Shown here piece after piece: positions 48,553 to 58,995 of a stretch of 64,000 nt of DNA. The notes beneath the pieces were generated by a model. The model searched no databases, was not told the origin of the DNA, and was given only the letters and a program-made list of their open reading frames with translations. The position numbers and the translations under genes were made by a program. The DNA is taken from contig NW_027117349.1 in NCBI RefSeq assembly GCF_038025025.1, positions 372,001 to 436,000 of the forward strand, in the 5' to 3' direction. This DNA comes from Phyllosticta citribraziliensis (Eukaryota). Position 1 is the first letter of the stretch. Each line of letters starts with the position of its first letter.

Positions 48553-49527
48553 TGTGGCGTTGTGATGTAGTTGTACAAAGCGCTCAGAAGCAGCAAGAAA
48601 GGAAACAAAGAGGAACGCAAGTCTGGCACCCTGGTCAGTGTATGCTGGTACATGACACGAGTGAAGAAGAGCTCAGATCCTGGCCTCGAAACCGATGGAG
48701 AAAGATAAGCCTAAAACTGACCTCGGTTTGGAGCGCCCAAGCTTGACTTGCAAGGCACAGAAGCACGCGACACCCAGCCAAGAGAAGGGTCAGGTCAATG
48801 TTGCGGCGATCAGAGCTAGGCGGGCAGCGCTGGGTTTGGTGGGACAAAGTCGAGGAGTGCGGTAGTGGAACTGAGAAGCGGTGGGAAGGGGGCAATATCT
48901 AGCGGCAGGCTGCACTGTGCCGTCCGGCGCATAGAGTGACAAGAAGGGGTTGAGAGGATTGCGAAGCATGGTCCCGAAGAGAAGGGCTGGCAGCAAAGTC
49001 GGGCTTCAGCGGCAGTGGGGAGCATTGGAATCGACGAGAGGATCCATGTCGATGGGGAAGTGATTGGCCGGCACAATTGGGCGGAAGCGGCCGGGGAGAG
49101 CGAAAAGGATCAAAGCAGTGACGGAGTGGTGGGAGCGGCACCGCAGCTGGTCGTCGAACTCTGAAGCCGTTGTAGCCCACGTGTAGGACGCGGGGAGGAC
49201 CATTGGTTGTTGGTGTTGTGGCGGGTGGGGTCGGGGACCTGTGGCGGTGCTGCGCCAAACGCCGTGATCCTCTGGATTCCCACGTTGCTGCAATGGCCAC
49301 AATGCTTGGCTTGCCCACTGCGACATTTGGATCTGCACTCCCCCACCTCACATCAGCTCCCTTGCTTCTTGCAGAAGAGGTAGCTATATTCGCCTGTCAT
49401 CCACTATAAACGTGAAGCCTGCCGAAGCGAAAAGGAAAAAGAAAAGCAAAGGCCGAGTCAGAAGCAACACTCGACCACCTTCGTGTCCGTTGCTGATAGC
49501 ACGCCCTACCCACCGTTGCAAACGTCA

Positions 49528-49610
49528 CCTCTGATCCTCCATCTCTTCAGCAAGTAGCGCCGTCCTCAGAAAAGTCGCCTCTGATCCTCCGTCTCTTCGC
49601 AAGCAGCGCC
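49528..49610. repeat. Imperfect direct duplication, about 33-bp core with 50-bp period
   Basis: cctctgatcctccatctcttcagcaagtagcgcc at 49528 versus cctctgatcctccgtctcttcgcaagcagcgcc at 49578. Confidence 0.75.
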
Positions 49611-49775
49611 TTCTTTAGCAAACCGATGAACTTTTTTGCCAGCAAACGCATGCGCAAACGAAAACGAAAACGAGCCATGGATCTCGTTTGTAAAAAGCCA
49701 GTGCAAAAAGCAAGTGTACGAAGTGTCGCCGCATCGCCCTCAAGAGCAACCCCCTTGAAGTGTTGCGAACGTACC

Positions 49776-52700
49776 CTAGGTGCCACGGAAGAGGAACTGC
49801 ATGTCCTCGGGCGTGAGCTTCTCCATGGCCACCTTGTCTTGATTAACGGTGCTGCTGATCAGAGCAGCCTTCTTCTCCTGGAGCATCACAATACGCGATT
49901 CGACCGAATCTTCAACCACGAGCCGAGTGATGACGCAGGGACGCTTCTGACCGATGCGGTGGCAGCGGTCGGCACTCTGCCACTCGGCAGCAGGATTCCA
50001 CCACCTATTACTGTCAGCAAAATCCATTCAAAAGAGCCCAAAAGTACTCACGGGTCAACGATGAAGACACGAGACGCCTCGGTCAGGTTGAGGGCCACAC
50101 CGCCCGCTTTGAGGGAGACCAAGAAGACTTCGACGTCGGCATTGTTCATGAAGTACTCGATCGACTTTTGACGCTGCGTAGGGCTCATGCTGCCATCGAG
50201 CATGACCGTGTTGAAGCCCGCGCGACGGAGACGCCATTCAATCAGCGCCAACATGGACGTGAACTGGCTGAACACAATCGACTTGAGCGTCTGTCTCTTG
50301 CTGCGGAGCTTGTACAAGTCGTAGACCAGCATCTCAATCTTTGTCGACGACGTCCAGTTCTCCATCTTGATGCGGTTGATGATCGAGTTTTTCTTGACAA
50401 GGTCCTCCTCTTGCTCAATCTCGGGCTGCTGGAGGTCAATCGAGAGGGGAATGTGGCACCGAGGGCAGTCAGCTCCGGCGCCTTCGTCGGATCCTTTGCA
50501 CGTCTGAACATAGTCCTTGATGCAGGACCTGCAGAATTCATGGTGACAGCGTGATTTGATGGCATCTTCAGCTGGCTCGTCGCAAATGTTGCAGACGAGC
50601 ACGTTTTGGCCCGTCTCTGCCTTCTTCTTCAAGATCAAGTCCGGGTGGTTGGCAGCCTGCCTCAGTTGCATGATCATGCCAAAGATGTTGGCGTAGTTGT
50701 TGAGCATAACACCTCGAGAGACGTACGTGTCAAACTTTCTTTGGGAGTTGGTCATGATGCTCGTGTGAAAGTCGCGCTCAACCTCGCCGAAGAATTCGTT
50801 GTGGATGATGACTTCCTTGGGCGGCAGCTCCATCGAGCTGGTGTAATCGCGCTTCATTCTGCGCAGCATGATTCGAGAAGTGATGAGGTGCAGCTTGTCG
50901 AGAGCCGTGCTCCTCGCATCGGGGTCATCGCTTGTGATGGGATTGAGCAGCTCCTGGTTGAAGACGGAAAGGTGCTGGGCTGCTGCGTGGTGACATTCAG
51001 TACACTTGTACTCTTCATCGACGTTCCAGTGCAGCTGAGCACAGCTACAAGACTTGCAGAAGTAATCTGCAAACGGGCGAATCTCAAGAAATCGGAGAAG
51101 AGAGAAGAACTCGCCAATCCGGTTCTGCACAGGTGTTCCCGACAGGCACCACTTGTACTTGGACTTGAGGGCGAAGCAAGCCTTTGCAGATCCCGTGACT
51201 CTAGTCTTGATGCAGTGCGCCTCGTCGAGAATGATGCGGTGAAATTCAATGGCATGGACTGGCGACGCTTGCTTCACGATGTCTTCTCCGCGGGACCATC
51301 CCTTTGTCTCCTTGCGATAGAGCGACTCCAGAGTGTTGTAGGAGATGATGATGACATCAAACTTTTTGAGTTCCTTGGTCGAGGAAAACTGCTTCTTCGA
51401 CTTGGTGTTTGATCCATGGAAGACGAGGACTTTGAGCTTGCCATTGGTGTACTCTTTGATCTCGCTAGACCATTGCATGAGTGCGACCGGAGGCACCACA
51501 ACGAGAGTGGGAACGCGGACACGATCATAGTCCGACATGATGAGCGAGACAGCTTGGATGGTTTTGCCCATACCTAAAAGCGTTTAGAAACAGGTTGATG
51601 ACATCCAGAAGATCAGAACTTACCCATTTCGTCACCGAGCAAGCCACCTTTCCACTTTGTCTGCTCTTGCTTGATCATCCAGTTGAGACCCTCGAGCTGG
51701 AATGACTTGAGCTTGCGGGTGATCGTCGTTGGCTGAGGAGCTTGCTTTGGGGGAATTTTGGGGATCTTTTCAAGTTCCTTCCACATTGTCTTGATCTCCG
51801 GGTGCGAGCGCTCCCAGTTGTCCCGGTTTCGTTTCTTCCTGCGCACGCGTACGTCCAATGTTGAGTATTCATCCTGAAGTCGCTGTCGAGTTGCCTCAGA
51901 GAGGACAGGCGCCTGATAGCCTTGTTTGGTGGTCTTGTATTGAACCCCGGATCTTTTCATCAGCGGCACGTCATCCTCGTCGTCTTCATCAGAGTCACCG
52001 CTTTCCGCGTCATCCGAGTCATCGATTGCATTGAGGCCGTCGTCAGAGTCAATTAGAATTGGCTTTTGGGTACGGCCGCGTGGGCTAGGGTGGGAGGGCG
52101 CATCAGCTCTTCCCTTGCCTTTGACGTTGGCAACAGCCTTTCCTTTGCCCTTGGAATCAGCAGCAGGTAAAGCCCTTCCCTTGCCTTTGTTGCCTGGAGA
52201 GAGTGGAATGAAATCGTCTTCGGACTCCGCATTCGTGTCAGGAACACTCGACAAGTATTCATCGTCAGTCTCCTCGATTGCGAAACGATTCGGTCTAGAT
52301 GGCAACGGGTCGCTCTCATCATCATCATCATCGCTGTCTTTGATCGCCAACTTGGCACGCTTGCTACTGGTCTGGCCAGTGTACTCCTCCTCTTGCAACA
52401 TCCGGGCGAGTTCCTCATCATGAGACGTTTGCTGTGTTGACCGAGGAGCCCTCTTCCTTTTCGAAGACATTGACGGGGCAGGAGTGTTGGAGTAGCTTGT
52501 ACCCGGAGTATCGGCATCGGCAGCACCGTCCAAGCTGCCGTAGTCTGCAACTGGAGAGACAGACGAACTACTCGTTGCTTTCAAAGACGAGGCGTTCCGG
52601 GAAGGCACCATGATGGCCACCTCTTTGAGAATGCTGGGCCTGCCCTTCGTTTTCGGGACAGCGGCGAGCTCGTCCGAGGATGTGTCGTCCTTGGCTTGGT

Positions 52701-52910
52701 TGGTGAAGGATGACTGCAATCTGGCGGAGGAGCGAGTGGAACCTGCAGCGTTCGGCATACGTTCTAGATGAAGAGTCAGATGATGGAACTCGAAGATGAG
52801 GCGTTTGAATGTGGGGTTGAGCGGAATTCGTAGCGAGGTTCTCGAGCGGAGAATGTCATGAACTCACCTCCAACGGCCGCATCGGCCTTCTTGGGCCGGC
52901 CTCGAGGCAT
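49776..52910 (-). CDS. RAD16: Rad16 SNF2-family helicase/RING protein (global-genome NER); 3 introns
   Basis: [40 protein letters not shown] (CNIC..C.HEFCRSC..CPRC), [35 protein letters not shown] and [19 protein letters not shown]. The first exon [14 protein letters not shown] is followed by GTGAGT. Confidence 0.96.
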
Positions 52911-53461
52911 CGTCAGGGCAGATGACTGTCGAGTCCCGACTGCTTGCGAAAGCTGAGAGCCTTGACGGTCAATGGGTGCAGTGACGGCCTTTGATGTTGT
53001 CAGTCAAAGTGGTGTGAGGAGAATGAGGGACGGAAACCTTGGTTGCCACCAGACAGGCAAATGAAGCGTCGTCGTCAGGCGATCTGCGGCAGGCGGTTTG
53101 AAATGCGGCAGGCACAGCAGGCGTCAGGCGATAGAACGAAGCGGGAGAGTGCAGGCCGACGAGAGATTTGGCGTTGCACGATGCAAGGGCAATGACTGGG
53201 ACAGGCGTGGGGACGGACGATCGGTGTTCACCTTGGGTGCAGTGGGTGGCGACGGAACGCGCTCTGACTTCGCGTAGTCACGTTTCGGCTCCGCGTACTT
53301 TCGTCCTGGTCCTTTGCCGAAAGTGCTGGGCTCTGTGCTTGTGCTTGGTGAGGGAGCGCGCCTATCATCTCCGTCCGCTCTCACTCGCTTTCTCCTTCGT
53401 GCCTCAGTCCAACCTAAGCACTCAGGAAGCTTAAACATTCCGTCTGATCCCGTCGCCAATC

Positions 53462-54688
53462 ATGCCGCCCCAAAGCAGAGGTTTCCAGTCCAAGTCGACC
53501 CCTAATTTACCAACCCTCAATTCCCTTTCTTTACCCCTTCCTACCGACAGCGGCCCTGTCATCCCAAAAACCGCTGCAGCTATAAATCCGCCCACCGAGT
53601 ACTCTGCCACCTCACCCTCGGAGCCTGCTTCTGTCGAGGACAATCTCTCGACCGACGACCCCTTCTCACTCGATCCATCCGGCTCTGAAAGCGAAGACGA
53701 CGACCTCGACCTCGAGCCGCTGAGCAAAGATCTCGACTCGAACAATAACGCCGCCCGGCGGCCGCTCTACTCCCACGGCTCGCGATCGCAATCGCATCTA
53801 CCTCAAACCTCCAGCGCGCTATTCCCACCATTCTACAATCGCCCGCCGACGCCTCTGCCGCCCTCACCGTCGCTGACGTCGCTGCTACGCCCCTCGTTCA
53901 GCACCCACACGTCGCGACCCACGACGCCCGACTCGTCGGACGCAGAAGCCGTGCCCGCGGCCAGGCACGCCAACAAACTTCACCATCATGGCACGGCGGC
54001 CAAGCGCGGGACGAGCGCGACATCTGGCGCGTCCAACGGCACGGCGGGCACGGGCACGGGCACAGGAACGGGCACGCCGACCAACGCCCTGACGTCGTCG
54101 TTTGCATCGGCTACGCCGATCCCCCGCGCCTCGCCAAAGGTGCCGACCTACGAGTACTACGGCTTTTTCATTTACTTGGCCTCGTCCTTTGCCTTTCTCA
54201 TGTACTTGCTGTGGGCATATCTGCCGCGGCCTTTTCTACACCAACTCGGTATCTACTACTATCCCAATCGCTGGTGGGCGCTGGCGGTCCCGGCGTGGCT
54301 CGTCATTCTGGTAGTGTACATCTACGTTGCGCTGGCGAGCTACAACCTGGGGTACTTGACACTGCCCATGCGGAGCATCGAAAACTTGGTGGATGATGCG
54401 GCCCAGATTGCTGTGCTGGATCCGCGAGGGAAGATCATCAAAAAGGGAAAAGACACAGAAGTCACAAAGAAACCGTCCGGACACAGGCGGCGCAACACTT
54501 ATGCGGAGAGTTGGGGGTTTTCGGTCGAGGATGCACGCAAGGTGGATTGGAAAAACCTTTGGAACGAGAGCACAGACGCGGTGCTGGACGTGCCAATTGG
54601 CGGCGTCTGCGAAATCTTGTATGGTGACGGGAGGCTGGATCATGGATATCGCGACCAAATAGGCATGGGCATGAACGGCAAAGCATGA
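53462..54688 (+). CDS. GPI19: GPI-GlcNAc transferase subunit PIG-P/Gpi19 with a long low-complexity N-terminus
   Basis: PTYEYYGF.IYLASS..FLMYLLWAYLP..LHQLGIYYYPNRWWALAVP...DVPIGGVCEILY (PIG-P domain). Confidence 0.92.
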   Translation: MPPQSRGFQSKSTPNLPTLNSLSLPLPTDSGPVIPKTAAAINPPTEYSATSPSEPASVEDNLSTDDPFSLDPSGSESEDDDLDLEPLSKDLDSNNNAARRPLYSHGSRSQSHLPQTSSALFPPFYNRPPTPLPPSPSLTSLLRPSFSTHTSRPTTPDSSDAEAVPAARHANKLHHHGTAAKRGTSATSGASNGTAGTGTGTGTGTPTNALTSSFASATPIPRASPKVPTYEYYGFFIYLASSFAFLMYLLWAYLPRPFLHQLGIYYYPNRWWALAVPAWLVILVVYIYVALASYNLGYLTLPMRSIENLVDDAAQIAVLDPRGKIIKKGKDTEVTKKPSGHRRRNTYAESWGFSVEDARKVDWKNLWNESTDAVLDVPIGGVCEILYGDGRLDHGYRDQIGMGMNGKA

Positions 54689-55210
54689 AAGAAATGACAA
54701 CAATTTTGAGCAACCCTTTAGAAAGCTCCATTGTAATGCTCTGTGGTTCTTCGAGACATTTGCCAGGATTCAAAGAGTGACAGCTTTATTTACAAGGGTA
54801 AACCCCAAAAGTCTTCTGGCAAGATGTCACTAGGATATTGGTATTCAAGCCGTGCCTCTCAACAGAACATACACATTCAACTCACGCAGAGTGTTCAAGA
54901 AATGTTTGTATGGCGCGCTCGCCCACTCATTTGCATGAGCAGACAAGCACACCGGTTTTATAATTTTACTATCTTCCCCAAAGACCAGATGTTTCCAGCC
55001 TCATAAGAATACAAAGTGTTTTTTATGATTTTCGTTTCCAAGCTGCGTCCGCGACCTCCGGAGGCTTCCTCAAACGCCGGCCTCCAGGAACTTGTCGCCT
55101 GCCATCACCACCGTTCGATAGTGTCGAGAAGGTGGCGTCGTCGGTATTGTCGTCGTTGTCGATGGCAAGTCGCGGCCTTCATGTTGTTGATTTCCCTTGG
55201 AAGGGGAAAT

Positions 55211-55270
55211 TTACATGACGGTGCAGTACTTGGTGTTGTCGTTCTTCATCGGGTTCCACTTGCGGCCCAT
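55211..55270 (-). CDS. Putative a-factor-like (farnesylated lipopeptide) mating pheromone precursor, 19 aa MGRKWNPMKNDNTKYCTVM
   Basis: The reverse complement of 55211-55270 is ATG GGC CGC AAG TGG AAC CCG ATG AAG AAC GAC AAC ACC AAG TAC TGC ACC GTC ATG TAA. It has a C-terminal CaaX (CTVM), the start context tcaatcaaaATG, G/C-ending codons throughout and an upstream TATA box. Confidence 0.8.
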   Translation of the reverse strand: MGRKWNPMKNDNTKYCTVM

Positions 55271-55375
55271 TTTGATTGATTTGAGTTGGTTGGTTGGGAA
55301 AAAAGAGTGTAGTCGAGTTGGTAGTACCGAAGTATGCTGGTGAGGAAGAAGAGGAGGACGCGTGGGCTGCTGGGG

Positions 55376-55382
55376 ATTTATA
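55376..55382 (-). promoter_or_regulatory. TATA box of the CaaX peptide gene
   Basis: TATAAAT on the minus strand, about 106 bp upstream of the ATG at 55270, followed by a CT-rich then CA-rich leader. Confidence 0.65.
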
Positions 55383-55458
55383 GCTTCGGACTACTGCTGA
55401 GCTGCTGCCTTTGCTGCCATTTTGGGCGGCGTACAAGCAGAGTTGGGTGGGGTGGGCT

Positions 55459-55497
55459 CTATTGAGACTTGTTTACGGATGTCGTTGGGCTATTGAG
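55459..55497 (+). promoter_or_regulatory. Two direct copies of CTATTGAG (candidate mating-type transcription factor sites)
   Basis: CTATTGAGA at 55459 and 55490, 31 bp apart. A third TATTGAG core lies on the opposite strand at 55611-55617. Confidence 0.55.
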
Positions 55498-56708
55498 ATG
55501 ACATTTGGGAAAGGGGGGAGTGCTTTGTTGGTGCGTATGGATCTTTTGTAGTGAACAGGAAGACAATGGCGAGGTGGCACACAGACGGTGCCTTTGTGAG
55601 GAGCAAATGCCTCAATACGTCAATTCCAGTCTAGGTGTTACATTTTTGCTGTATAGACGTTGTCTCCTAGTGTCCAGAATAAGTGGCGACACTGGCGCTT
55701 GCGGCGGCAAGCAGCTGGCTGCGGAAGGCGTTTGGTGGATGCTCCACCTCGTGGGCATCTCCACGTGGACTACTTTTGACCGGGAACAATGCTGGCGGGC
55801 AGGATGGCGTCAACATTTGAGATCTGGTGCTTCGAAATTGAAAGGCAGCAGCACGCGAATGAGTGCCGAGGGCGCTGGTTGTGAGTACACCGAGGATTAC
55901 CTCTTTCCACACCTTTGAAGATGTCAAGAATCCCGTGAATGACTTCAACGAACTCAAATGATGGCCTCGCCCTGGGTGCTGAATAGACTCCATGATGTGT
56001 GTGTGGGTCAATGAACTCATGACAAGGATACACTGCGAAAGAAGCATTGAATGAATATGTGTTATCAGCTGTAGTGGCGCTCATGGCAAACGAGGGTTGG
56101 GAGCGGCGTCATCGACTGTCTTTGAATGAATGCCTTGGCGAGGTCGAGACAAGTCGATGGTCCCGTTATTCCGCCTAGGCACCGTGTCCAAGAATGTCTG
56201 CTCGGATATCTGAATGCTTGCCCAGCGATTTGAGAAGCTTTGCTAGTACCTCCAGACACTTAACCAAGCAGCCACTTGCGGTATTTCGATCGAATGGGTG
56301 CACGATGTTCTTGTTGCCCCAGAATAGGTCTCTCTCCGTGGTAGCTTTTGACATCATAACGATCCAAAGACGTCAAATTCCGATTCGAACAATGCGATCC
56401 TCAAATGCCAGAGGCACTCCAAGCGCGGTCAACTTGTCAATCATGATCCCTTTTTGACACCTCCTTGGCTGCAGTCACGGCAATTCCAGGCACACCAGCG
56501 GGGGTGTTTGTGGGTTGGAAATCTCTTTGGATTCGGCAGCTTTCGAAAAGAAAAAAGGTCCTTTTGAATCCCGAGCCGATTTCCTAGCTCTGTTTGCAAA
56601 ATCCCCACAGAGTCATTTGCTCTTTTACGCACATGCGCCGTCCATATGAACCCTTGATTCGTCCCACATGCTCCCAATCCTCTTTCACACCCGCTTTAAC
56701 TGGTCAAT

Positions 56709-57345
56709 TTAAGCGGACGCCTCCTGGGCCTTCCTGCCCTTGATACCCCTGGGCTTGACGGGCTTGTCAGCCTTGACGGGCTTCTGGCTGTGCTTGATGG
56801 CCGAGGCGCGGGCAATGGCCTCCTTGTTCAGGTCGGCACGGTAGTGGCGCTTGGTGGTGGCGTTGACAATGCTCTTGTAGGTCCTGCAGGTTTACGCATC
56901 AGTCCATGCTCTCCTGGCTTCGTTTGCCCATCGCGCGCTTATGATCCATCCAAAAATTGATCCGCTTTGAAGGCGTGGGGTATACTGACTTGCGGGAGGA
57001 GACGTTGGGGCCGAAGGTCGAGGACTGGATCTGGGAGGCGGGCTTGTTGGACTTGTTGTTCTTCTTGACGAGCAGCTCAACGCCGCCGTTCTTGCCGGCC
57101 TGGACGCCGAAAGCCTTGTCGTTCACGAAACCCTCATACTGGAGACAGGCAAAAACATCAGCTTCACGTCTTCTTCTTCTTCGTCATGGCGTGCAGCGCA
57201 AACGGACCTTCCTCGAGTGGACGTTGGTGAGGTTGAGCGGGTCCTTGGAGAACTGGACACCGCCGGCCTGGGAGCGCTTGACCAGGAAGGCGCTGTGGTT
57301 GCGGGTAACCTCCCAGACGAGGTCGGCAGAGATGTTGGAAGCCAT
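56709..57345 (-). CDS. RPL28: 60S ribosomal protein L28e (eL28); 2 introns
   Basis: MASNISADLVWEVTRNHSAFLVKRSQAGGVQFSKDPLNLTNVHSRK|YEGFVNDKAFGV...KRHYRADLNKEAIARASAI. The symbol follows eL28 (human) naming. Confidence 0.96.
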
Positions 57346-57833
57346 TGTATCGTATGTAGGGGCGTTGGACGGGCAGTCGTGTCTCGGGCGGCGCTCTCAG
57401 TCGTGCAGTGGTGGGCAGGTCGAAATTCGCCGTGTTCGCCAAACCGCACAAAGGCGGATTAGCGCGTCGGCGTTTTGGCTGTCTCTTTTACCGACGTTAG
57501 GCTGGAGCTCAGGTCCCCGGCCGGGAGGTGCTCGGCGCTGACGACAACCGGATCGCCGGGAACACCAGTGGCAGTACCGCCTCTTCGTCTTCGACTTCCT
57601 TTACCTCCTCCTTCACACCTCTCTCTCATGCCACCGGCTTTCGAGCTGCTCTGTTGCCGTGGCCTCATGAGCTGCTTGACTCTCTAGTGCTCGCAGCCAA
57701 AGCGACACCTCCACACCTCTCCAAGGCACCACAGACATCTCCACCTCCGACGCTCTTTATTACCGCTTCCTCCGCAAAGAACAACCTCGTATTCCGTCCG
57801 ACGACCTTCTTCCCTTCGCACGGCCGCTTCACC

Positions 57834-58394
57834 ATGCATTTCTCCACCTACCTCTTCTACTCCATCATTTTTTCCGTCCTGCTTCTTGCTACTGGTACGT
57901 GGATCTCGCGACATCCTTTGCGCACTGCACAGCCTCCAACATTCCCGCGATCCTGTCCACGAACTTTGGACCAACATCACACCACTTGCAAACCTACACG
58001 CTCACCCTCCAGACCTCCGCCTCATCTTTCCACCAACATCCGTAAACCTGCTAACCTGTCCACAGCGCTCTACCTGACCCGCGACCGCTGGAAGCATCTC
58101 CTCCCCAACGCACCCCTTACCCGCTGGTTCTATACGCGCCTCCCCTCCAGTTTCACCGGCGACATCGAGTCCGGCTTCAGCAGCTCGCACTTTGACCTGC
58201 ACGGCAACGTCGCGTCAGGCGATGCGCGGGGCGGGTTGGACGCTGCCGCCAAGGCCGCCATCCAGCGCATCATGAAGAGCCGCAAGGTCGATTTCGACGA
58301 AGGGCGGCGCATCTATATGCAGCAGCGATTTAGGGACAACAATATTGGGCCTGACGGAAGACCGAGGGACCCGAAATTTGTGTCGTTTTCGTAG
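57834..58394 (+). CDS. DUF2015/UPF0357 small membrane-anchored protein; 1 intron (57895-58065)
   Basis: Hydrophobic N-terminus, then SFTGDIESGFSSSHFDL.GN...DARGGLD...VDFDEGR...NNIGPDGRPRDPKFVSFS. Confidence 0.88.
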   Translation: MHFSTYLFYSIIFSVLLLATGTWISRHPLRTAQPPTFPRSCPRTLDQHHTTCKPTRSPSRPPPHLSTNIRKPANLSTALYLTRDRWKHLLPNAPLTRWFYTRLPSSFTGDIESGFSSSHFDLHGNVASGDARGGLDAAAKAAIQRIMKSRKVDFDEGRRIYMQQRFRDNNIGPDGRPRDPKFVSFS

Positions 58395-58995
58395 GGGATG
58401 CTGGAACCCGTGGTTTGGAAGCAGGAGCACATGGTTAACAGAAGAGAGCGCTGGTGTTGCGGGCTTTGAGCGCGAGAAAGCGTTTGGACACCCGAATACC
58501 CCTGGAAAACATCAATCATCACTTCTGCGCGAGAAAAACCGCTTTTGCGGAGTTTTGGGAACTGGTGTCGGATGCGGATATTGCTTTTGATTCATTCAGC
58601 GCCATGGACTTTGGCACACATTGCATGGGGCGTCTAATCTCCTTGGGTATTTTTTCTTGTTTGCTCATTCCGTCAGAGCGAGTCCAATTTCCTTGGTATC
58701 CTTCGTTTTCGACAACTCTCTTGTCCTTCCATTATCTTCAAGTCCCAGGTGACTTATGCTCGTCGAAAAGTCTCCGCTAATGCTCCATACTTTGGGAATC
58801 GACATGTACATGCTGAAGTGTTCACCAAGTTACTGACTGAATTCTGCAAGCCAGTGGCTCCGGCTACTTACAAACTGCCCAGAGGCGTGCCCGTTTAATT
58901 CCGAAGCGTCTGCTTCTAGGCTAGTAGGTAGAACTGGGAAAGCCCCTGAACGTCAGCTCAAAAAAAGATTTGGCATTTTGTTACTACATTCGCCC

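Noticed and set aside
55667..56457. Short ORFs between the CaaX peptide gene and RPL28
   Set aside because: No recognisable motifs, codon bias or consistent splice structure.
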